A stretch of DNA of 64,000 nt. It comes from Amoebophrya sp. A120 (taxonomy: Eukaryota > Protista > Dinoflagellata). Under the pieces are notes generated by a model that searched no databases, was not told where the DNA came from, and was given only the letters and a program-made list of their open reading frames with translations. The stretch is taken from assembly GCA_905178155.1 (NCBI GenBank), contig CAJINV010000001.1, positions 13,142,635-13,206,634 of the forward strand. Direction: 5' to 3'. How positions within the stretch are numbered: position 1 is the stretch's first letter; each line of letters opens with the position of its first letter. This document shows positions 38,201-47,700 of the stretch, in pieces. A program made the translations under genes and the position numbers.

Positions 38201-39915
38201 GAAATAAGGAAGCATCCGCCCCCTGCTCGGGCCAGGGTGTCTGCGTGCGCGCGGCGCTCCAAATTTTTCTCCCGGCCACAGAGCAATACAGAATGGGCAC
38301 GCGCATACCATCACCACTGTCAGCGACGGCGCCTAGGGAAGCGCGCGCGGTAGGCGCAATGCCATTTTCCCGGCGCCAAGCGCAGGCAGAATACGAGAGG
38401 ACGCCCGCGCCCCTCCAAAACAAAAATCCGAAGCGCGCACCGTGTGCCAATTATTGTTTTCAACAAAGAGCAGCGAGAACATCTATGAGAGTCAGAATGT
38501 CTATGCGTGAGAATCTCTATAGCGTTTTTAGAAGTTCTATAATATTTTTTTTTTCTAGACATGCCTGTCTAGAAAACGACAAAAAATAATTTAAGTAAAG
38601 GGCACTCGCCACTTAAGGCGGGGACCGAGCTTTTACTGTCTAACGTTCTATCTTTCTACGTTGTTCCGGACGTGAGTCAGAAGTAAGTAGCGCTTACTCT
38701 TTCAACTTTTCTAAAAATTTCTACAACTACAAACAACTTTCCAACTCGACAAGGAAAAGAGCGTACAACAAGAACAAACGCGGATAATTCATCATCCGTA
38801 CCGAATCAGCCCATTGTGGTCGATCCCAGCAGTTCCCCTTACTTGGCCCCGCATTTCCCTTCGCGGGGCTTGCGTTTCGGCTGCTGGGTGCAATGGTCGT
38901 TTCGTCCCCCGGGACCGGATTGAAATTATTTCCTGTGGGATTGCCAACAAAACCACCAGCTTCATTGCCGACGCCGAGCGGCAGCTCGTCAGAGCCGCCG
39001 CCTTCCAGAGCGGAATTCCGGATTCCCCCCAACACTTTTTGCAGTCTTTGACGCCACAACGCGCCGTCGCCCGCTCGTGCCTTCCAAAATTCCGCCTGCT
39101 CGAGCATTTCTACCAGCAACTCGCGCAATTCTTCCCCGTGGCCGTGCTCGATGCGCAGCTGCCGGCGCTGCTTCTCCTGCACCTTTTCTGCCTGTTTCTG
39201 CTCCCGCGCCGCGGCGTCAAATTGCAGCCCCAGTTGCTGGTTTTCCTTGGTCAAGTCGGCGATATGAAACGCAAAAGCATCGCACTAGAGTAGAAAAAGA
39301 AATCGCATGACAAATTCCCTCAGCATGAAAAATGGAATTTGTCGTGCTGATTTGCCTTGGGTACAAGATTTGCAATGCAAGCCTTGCATTTGTACGAGTG
39401 CGAAGATACTTTTGCAGTGCATAGGCAATCTTCAGCTGCAACTTGTTCACGTCCTCCCGAACCCGCAGCGCGTCCTGCCGCTTCGCTTCTAACAGGGCCA
39501 GCACCTGCTCCTCCTGCTCAACGATGCGCGCGTTCGAGGCTGCCAGCTTGCGCTCGAGCTCTGTGATTTTCTCGGCAGACTCTACGGTGTCGAGAAAGGA
39601 GCCGACGTTGTCTACTGTAGAACAAGAACCACCATCCTCCCCGCTGCCGCGACGAGAAGATCGTATTTCGTGGGCCAGCTCCATGATGCGCTGCTTCTTG
39701 TTACTCGGGATGCGATCCAGGTACGAGCTTCCTGTGGGGGAGGGAAACGGGGCCTGGGGATGCTGCTTTATCTGCACCATCTTGCTCAAGGACGAGGGGT
39801 CGCCGCTGGATGAAAAGACCGGTTTCTGGGTGGAAAAAGTTGAGGAACGCCCGCCCGTGCGCTTGCTTGAGACCATCGGACTCTGGTTGCGTAGAGATAA
39901 CAATTGCGCAGACAA
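32207..39915 (-). CDS. Coiled-coil protein, multi-exon, spanning a 4.8-kb repeat-filled intron; start uncertain
   Basis: LKIA|DLTKENQQ across an introner; WADS|VVFSERSALRKKYE across a predicted GT-AG intron at 34008-38801. The link to 33157..33384 and 32207..33139 is plausible but less certain. Confidence 0.65.
34072..34521. repeat. AT-rich palindromic repeats: AGAACCTCTAT...ATAGAGGTTCT units, then a (TCTAGAAA)n array
   Basis: Hairpin units near 34094, 34326 and 34356; TCTAGA-containing 8-9-mers at ~34395-34521. Confidence 0.85.
34585..34955. repeat. 33-bp minisatellite, about 11 copies, each self-complementary
   Basis: Unit GAGAAGCTGGAAGTCCAGCTTCCCCGGCTCTAC; GAAGCTGGA/TCCAGCTTC inverted pair; no spacers. 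Confidence 0.95.
35060..38450. repeat. GC-rich satellite: ~90-100-bp monomers with (CG)n and A/T tracts, with a ~190-215-bp dimeric core
   Basis: CAGCTGGCCCCCGGTTGCGG-like starts at about 36209, 36422, 36640, 36825, 37021 and 37218; diverged GCGCGCGC-AAAATTTTTT monomers on both sides. Confidence 0.9.
39263..39423. mobile_element. TIR introner, family E (161 bp), opposite orientation to the 28636 copy
   Basis: TATGAAACGCAAAAGCATCGCACT...AGTGCGAAGATACTTTTGCAGTGCATA; flanks GGCGA/GGCAA; frame restored. Confidence 0.9.
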
Positions 39916-41662
39916 ACCGACGGAGGCCGAAGAGGGAGAATCAAATACTTCTTCTATACCTATAGAGCGGCTGAAATTTTTGTGTCCGACTCATTGGAAG
40001 CGGGATGGCAATGCGAAGAACTATCCTATAATTTGTTTGTTTTTCTTTTATTTTACTATTCCACAACTGATAATGAATACCACAAAACTTACTCTGATGT
40101 ACAAATTCGCAACCAGTACCAAATGAGCACTGAAGATGACACAGTGACAATGATTCCAAAGCTGCCCAATGACAGCAGGTGCCGTTTTGTTTCACAATCT
40201 CGACCACGACTCTCACAACTCATAAGCAGTCACAGCTGCGCCACACAAGAATGAAGGGAGCAAGTAAAACGAAGAACCAAAACGCGAACACTTTATCGAT
40301 CGCCGCAGAGAAAAATACGGCCTGCCGTGATTCCTGAGGCAAAGGCTTTCGCATGGGCATTCGCTGCTCCTGAATGTACAACACAATTTTGCGTTTTTTT
40401 TGTTGAAAGCTTGAATGCAACGTGGAATCGGGGTACTTCTCTTTTCGTATGACAACAGCACAGCTCACGCGAGCTCTAGACAATCCGGTGGAAATCGTTC
40501 CTTGCACTTCAAAGCTCTTTCTTACTCTTGCAGCTTGTTGAAAGTATTTTAACAGGTGAGAAAGAGGTCGACGTCCGTCGCTACTTGTTGTGTTGAAAAT
40601 TCGTTGGCGAGCTCGTCTCCGCTACTTAACATTGAGGAGGGCAGCCAGCGTGTTCATCTTCGTGTTCGTTTTACTACATAACCGTCCAGTAAAAAACATG
40701 TGGAAGATTCAGAAGCAGAAAACTTGGTTAGCTAGCTCTTGGTCAATCAAGAAAATGACACCTCATGACAAATGATGTTGATGACAAAAAGCACTCTTCA
40801 TAAAGGAGCTGCAAGGTGGTCGCAGACTCGGAACTGAAAACTCTAGTGGTCCAAAAAGGCAACACGGAAGATTCAGATTGCTATTCTGGCCCAAATGAAA
40901 GTTCTTCGACAACACCAACTAAAAATCCTGTTGTGTTGTGGAAAACTGTGCACTGGCCGCCCGCGTGAAAAGGCGCCAGACGCGCGAAAAGGCCGAAAGG
41001 GCTTCTTGTCCGAGTTTCTTTCGTCCCCTCTTCGCTGATGTGCTGCTGTGGTTGTTTCGTTTTTGTGCATTTTCGGCACACAACTCAGCGCACTGGACTT
41101 CCTTGTCGGTCTTGGCCGCGGTTGATGAGGTGGTAAAAATTATTCGCGCAACTGTCGCCGTCCGATTCTGCCCGCTCCGTCATGGCCTGGTGCCTGTTCC
41201 TGTACAAGTACATTCGGACGATGGAAACGATTTGAATTTGTTTGCCGTTTTCGTTTTTCGGAGTTGCAGTTCTAGTTCCCATTAAAAATTCTGCGCAGAA
41301 ACATTCAGTCGAGCCGGTGTCGACGCCGGAGATGGAACCTTTGCCTGTACGTCAACTACGAGAGGTCCTGTTCCTGTTCGCAAAATCTTGGTAACGATTT
41401 TTTGCACTTCTCTTTTCTCATCCTCCCTCCTCGTCGAGGACGAGGAACTCGTAGTCCTACAATATTTCCTTCTACGTGCCCTCTTTATTTGTGCGGCGAC
41501 GGTAGAATATCACTAGTTTCGCGACTGCCAGGGACGATATTAAACTGCAAGAACTGCGTGCCGGAGGGCAGGGGATAAATCACTGCGAGCAGTAGTTCGT
41601 GTGCAGAAAACAAGGGTGAAACAGAAGGAGCGTCTTCAGGTCGTGGAGAGCAGCAGTCGGCG

Positions 41663-42710
41663 CTAAATGTCAAATCTTGTTTGGTGGTGCGTGTCACTCA
41701 TGGACATGGCTCGCTGCAGGTGAAGCTCGAGCACCTTGCACCTGCTCTCTGCGACTTCTGCTCGTGTCCGTTGCTCTTCGACCTGAAGTAAAATTTAGAT
41801 GTTTCGTTCTTTATGTGGAGCGAAGGATAATTCATAATTGTGATTGATTGGAATCGCTGATATTTTGTGATGTAGTTGTGCTTGTGGTAATGCCACTTCT
41901 ACAGCTGCTGTTGCACCACCAGCAGCATGAGCATCTTCGAATTGACATTTCATGTACACCCTGGTGCCCAATACATTCGTGCAGCAAGTGGATTTCCTCT
42001 GTCAACCTTGTTTGATAATTTTCGCACATGCTCTAGAAAATTGATGACGTACTAGCAGCAATTCAAATTCTGTAAAGATTTTCCCACAGCGCAAGGATCG
42101 TTCCTCTGGTACTTAATACGACTTACCTGCTTTTGCAGCTGCGGCAGACTGTTGGTGACTTGTTTGTGGTTGTGGTGTATTCGCTGCAGGGTTTTTAGCA
42201 AAATCCGATTGGCGTTCGCCAAACTTTTGCTGCGAGTGGTTGCCGCGTTTGTCGCCTGTGTCTCGAAGGCCCTGAGGAATTGCTTGATCGCTTCTGTGGC
42301 CATGGTGTGGTCATTTTGACAATTTGACAGCTGGCCCATCAACTCGCTCGTCCAACTATCCACATCGATTGCACCCGTCCCGCCCTCCTCGTCCGAATGG
42401 AGGGCGGCCGCGGCGGCTGCCACTGCGCCGCCCCGAGAACTGCTTACCGAAAGGACCTGTAGGTCGATCATGAACGATGCGTGAACGTGATCAAGCTATG
42501 AAGTGTTAAAATCCCATCTTAAACTGTTGTGCAACCATGTACAACCAAGAATATTATAGTCGCAATCTTTTTTACTAGTACATGAACAAGCTGCCAGCAT
42601 AATCTTATTACCTGGTCCCCATCTTCGATGTTCCAATCTCGCAGGATAGCCTCAAGGTCGTCGACCGACACGGGTTCCGATACGGAACTCATGTTACTCC
42701 TGCCGTCCAT
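41663..42710 (-). CDS. Small coiled-coil protein resembling the C-terminal region of plant/protist CUE-family proteins; three exons, start uncertain
   Basis: GT-AG joins give DGDQ|VLSV...DSWTSELMGQL...ANRILLKTLQRIHH...LQKQ|VEEQRTRAEVAESRCKVLELHLQRAMSM...RFDI*. The family resemblance is from memory. Confidence 0.6.
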
Positions 42711-43612
42711 GTTCGATTTCGGGCTTGGAGGTGCGGCTGGTGACGAAGATTCTTAGGATATTACGCACAGCTTGACGAGGACGTGGCTTTAGTGCCAATC
42801 TTCCAGCACGTGCGATGGATTCGCGCCCGCGGACGATTTATGATGATGCTGATTTCCAGCCACTCGTCTTCTTGTTCTTTTCAACTATGTTGTCAAAATC
42901 ACATGCGGGCAGCACACGGCCAGGGACTTTAAATTAGAGACCCAGTTGGTAAGAATTGAAATTCATATTACACGAGTGCTGCAATCGACACTGTTGAGTT
43001 CTACATCAACGACCTGGTGCGGCACATTGCTGCACCTCTCACACAGACAAAAACCAGATAGATAAAAGCCACACAAGCTCGGATGAATGAATGGGAATGG
43101 GTAACTGTAACACTAGGGCATAAAATGAACTCGAAGACCCCGAGTTTCACACTCACAGGTATCACGGGTACGGGTACAAAATCCCGTAGATACGCAAAAA
43201 TTAGTGCTGGAACAGGGCAAAATTTCTGCGTAAGCGTAAAAGAATCCCTCGTGCTTGTTTGGTAAAGCGAGAGGGGGAGACCAACACAAAGAGGTGCAGA
43301 TTATTGTAGCGATGACTTCTTCTACTCAGAGAAAAACTGTGATACAGGAAAAAATTTGAAATTTTGATTCGCAGCAACGCTGCGGATACGGTTAAACTAC
43401 TTTGCATTTGGTCGACAGAGCGACATTGCAAAGTCGTCAGCTGGTTGCAGGCTCCGAACGACGAAAAGCGGCCCACCAAGATTGGGCAGACCTAAACCCA
43501 CCACACCATGGGGAATGAAATTGAATTTGCGACGCGTTATCGTATTTTTTGCGTGACGCCAACGAAGGCGCTGAGTTTTTCCGTCGAGTACTCCGGCGAG
43601 TACCTCGGTCGA

Positions 43613-43749
43613 GCTGCTGTATCACACTTTTACAATTTCACTAAGCGGAAGCTAACGCCGGTGCTATGGTGGTTTTGTAAAAGTGTGATACAGCAGCGCA
43701 GTGTACTCGTGCGAGCACTACCGCGATCTGCTGTATCACAGTTTTCCAA
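43613..43749. repeat. Perfect 23-bp inverted repeat plus a third direct copy
   Basis: GCTGCTGTATCACACTTTTACAA (43613-43635) and its complement (43675-43697); CTGCTGTATCACAGTTTTCCAA (43728-43749). Confidence 0.9.
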
Positions 43750-44788
43750 CTGGCCAAGTGTTTCGCTTCAGCTGTCTTCCAAAAGTGCTCACTTTGCATC
43801 AAAAAAATGAGATATATTCGCTGGACTTGATTCCAGTCCCTGCCTAACGGTCGCCACCTCGACCACCTACTTACCTGCTCTGGCCGCCCATTGCGGCATG
43901 TCTTTGACTGCAAGTCGTTGCGGCAACCGCACTCAAATACTGTTCGCCTCGGCGAGTCAAAATTTCAAATTTTTTTCTGTATCGCAGTTTTTCTCTCAGT
44001 ATCTTCTTTTTCGTACAAGTACGGGGAATTACAAATACATAGGGGTACAAGCAGCTCTCTTCAGAATGAGTGCGATAAAAATTGTTGAGGACCTGCTTGT
44101 AGGGAAAAGATGTGAAGAGGTGAAGACAGGAGAAGACACAATATTGAAACTCAAACTACCTCCAACGAAACAATAATCAAGTGTAGAAGTAGTCGCACGA
44201 GCGGATAGAAGTAGAACGACACTATCGCTTTCTGGTGTAGTTCTTGTCGGTGTTGGAACGATGCTTTTCCGTTCTTGTTCCTGTCCAGTACGAACTCCGA
44301 ACCTAGTCTCTCACCGAAGCACGAATCCAGGTACCGAAGCTATCAAAATTTGAAAGTCAAAAGTATCTCTCAACGATACGAATTCCGAACCCGTCGGAGC
44401 ACTGCGGTAGTACTTCGAAAGTTATTTCATCGCTTATTTCTCTATGTTGCTGAGCAGATCGTTCACACTTGATGACTTTAGTCACAATCTGTGCCGCTCC
44501 TACATATGTCTCAAATTGATTTTTTTCGAATGTCAATGTGAAGATGTTTGACCACATTTACATTTGATAAGATGAAGAGACCACATTGTCGCGTATTCGG
44601 AATCTTTTGTCTTTTTCTATCTGTCTTTATTAGGTAATATGATGAAACGTGATTAAAAATGAATTGAGTGTGGTTGGTGCTTGATGTTGATTCGTACTTT
44701 GCATTTTATCATTATCGTACCCCCGATTTCTTGCTTTACGTCCAAGTAGGTGTCGTGCCGCAACCGCTTCGCTTGCAGCCGCACTGAC

Positions 44789-47700
44789 CTAGACCTTCTC
44801 GCAGCAGATCTGCCGAAAGTGGTACTTCATGGCAGGCTCGCGGTTCGTCCTTTCGCCACTGGGGATATGCCAGTAGATAACGGAGTTGACGGATGCATGC
44901 TCCTTGGATTCCGACCACCTCCAGGATGTTCCGTCGCTGCACCAGTCGTGTATTCCCTGAAACAAAACTAACCACCCCCATCCAATTTGTCATGCTTAAC
45001 AGACTGCGCAGCTCAAGCCCCCATTCAATTTGTCATGCAAAACATGTAGGAAATTCTGTGTCTGTCATGCAAAAAGTAGATGGTGATGGTTAATTTTCAG
45101 GGAATATTGTGGCTCTTGATCCCGTACTTGTCATCGTACTTGCCGGCTTGGAGGTCTGCACAGGTTTCCGGATGCCCAGGGGCGACCACTTTGTTCGATT
45201 CTATGGGATTCCCAAGCGGTCAAATCTCAACTGTTACATGATTTGTCGCGAAGATCTACACGATGACGATCGCAATCTCGATCAAGCTGCTTCGCATGAC
45301 AAATTCTCGAAGGGCCAAGAAACAGCATGGAAATCAATCTATGCCAAATCTGTAATGCGAGAGGAGCAGCAGGCTCCCGCTCCCCAATTTTGATTTTGCT
45401 TTTGCTCCCCTTGCAGATACAAATTCAATCGGGTGCTCGCTTCTTCAGGCGAGCGAGTAACTGTTTAGCGTACTTTCTATGTTCCTGCTTGTGAATAGCT
45501 GGCGAATAGTGTTTCAACTTATCACCACCGGAGCTTGATGAAACAAAACCCTTTTTAGCTGTGAACCAGTCAAACTCGGGGAGTTGCCTGGGAGAATGTC
45601 AGCCGGAGCCAACTATCAGCCCTGGCTTCAGAAAGGCGCAATACTACCTCCTCATCCGTACTGCACCTATCAACCTCCGCACAACCGCAAGGTCCTAAGC
45701 AAGCCGCCTCTGCTTGCCCTTCCTTGCGTCAGAACAGGCGCCATAGAAATGGCAGGTCCTAAGCAAGACTCCTCTTCTTGCCCTTCCTGCCGACCCCACC
45801 TGAGCCTGAGCTCTGGCAGTGGTACGTAAACGCCACCAAGAGACACAGGAAAACACGGAGTTATGCCCTGCATCTCCCAGTTGCCCCCCTTTACCCTAGC
45901 CCTAACCCTTAAACCCTACTGCTGCACCGCATTGCTCGGCGCCTGACTATTTGTTTCGCTGCACTCCTGGATTTGGTAGTGGGTCTACTTTTGCTTCTTA
46001 TTTGCGCCTTTGATGTCCTGCATCGCTTCATTAGTGGCTCTGTACCCGAAAGTAGGAGAAGCGCCGACTTCTCCAGTAGCACGGTTGCGGTGAGAGTAGT
46101 CGCTGCAATATTGAAAAACGGGAACCGTAGGTTCGCCTGCTACTTCCTTTCCCGTCAAAAAGGATCGGCTTCAGTGAGAGGGAACCGCAAAAGAAAAAGG
46201 GTGTTGCTTCTGGAGAAAAACAAACATGCTGGATCGTCAGTATCTTCTTGTAAGACCTGCTGGCACTGCTTGTGTGTGGAACAGACTTCTGCTGCACGCG
46301 ATTTTCGATCTTGTGCGGAACAACATCTTGGATCAATTCGAGCATTACGACCTCTGGATGGGAAGTAGCACTGCGCAAGGCAGCGCGCTCAAGAATCCTG
46401 ATCTTCATTACTACTATTCCTTGCTTGGATGGATCCGATACAGGAGCAGGCTGAAGTGGTGATCCTTGTTGTCACTGCATCGCCAACTACTGACCCGTCT
46501 TGCCAGGTCTGCAGAAACATCTTCCCTCTGATCTTGCCTCGCCCCATCCTGGTGCGAATACTTCTTTCACCCCCTCAGTCACCCGCCTGCTCCGCACCAG
46601 CGCCGTCTAGCTTCCTCCTTTTCAGCGCCTCCTTCCCCTCCTGCAACCACGCCCGCGGGACCGCCGCCATCTCCTCGGCCCTGGTCGGCTTGTCACTCCT
46701 CGTCTTGTACGGCCAGCAGTGCGATAGGCTGATCTTATTCTCCGGCTGCTGGGTCGCGTCTATTAGCCTGTTCATGTGCGTCTTGGGGCATTTCTGGATC
46801 ACCCTTGGCGCATGCTTGCCTGCGTATTTGGCAGCTTCCGGGACTGCGGGGCACTCCACTAGGAGGTGGTCCACTATTCTGGAAAACTTCCGCACATCTT
46901 GGTCTTCGTCATCCTCCTTGAAGCCCTTGATCCAAGAGCCTCCCTGGACCCGCTTCACCTTGACGTCGCCGCCACAGAGGCGGCACACTGGCCATCCCCG
47001 TGGACATCGTTTGACCATCGTTGCCGGTAAAAACGATTCTCCCGACCAAAGCGACAAAGCGACCCGCTGCTGCGCTTCGTTTAGCCCCGCTAGCTCCAAT
47101 CTCCCTAGCGCCCGGACCCTCGACGCCCGGTGTAGGGTAGTCACGTCCCGGTCTGCCTCTGCTTCCACTGCTTCGTGGGAGCTTTTGCGCTCCTCCCGCG
47201 CAATGAGCTTGACCCGCTGCTTCGAAATAGGTTCACACACCACATCTTCCGGGCTGTCTTCTAGCTGCCCCAGGCCGTCTGCAATGACATTAAGTCGGAA
47301 GCCCCGGTGGGACGGCACCCAGAAAATTTCCACCGTGGTGCCCAGGTGGTTCACGAGGATCTTGTTGATCCCCTGCCTTATCTTCGTCATGTATTCCAAC
47401 CTGCTGCAGCTGTTTTCCAAGGCTTGCAGCACACCATTAGCGTCGGTGAAGATTCTGACTACTGTATGCCCATCCTGCAGCGCCTCGTCGATGATCAGCA
47501 GTAACTGGTCCAGCGCTATTGCCTCAACATCAAATTGGGGGAATTCGGTCCAGACCCGAAACGTTACTGCTTGCTGGTCTTCCGTCGTTTCGTAGAAGCA
47601 GTTGGCCCGCTGCGATTTCCGGCTTGTCCCGCTGCCTCCCAGTTTGCCGCCATCGCAGCTCGCCCGGAGTTCTTCCGGTGGCACCGGCATTGGGCATAGC

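Noticed and set aside
34516-38562. Numerous Arg/Ala-rich or repetitive ORFs
   Set aside because: By-products of stop-poor GC satellite and a 33-bp (multiple of 3) repeat; open on both strands with no domain.
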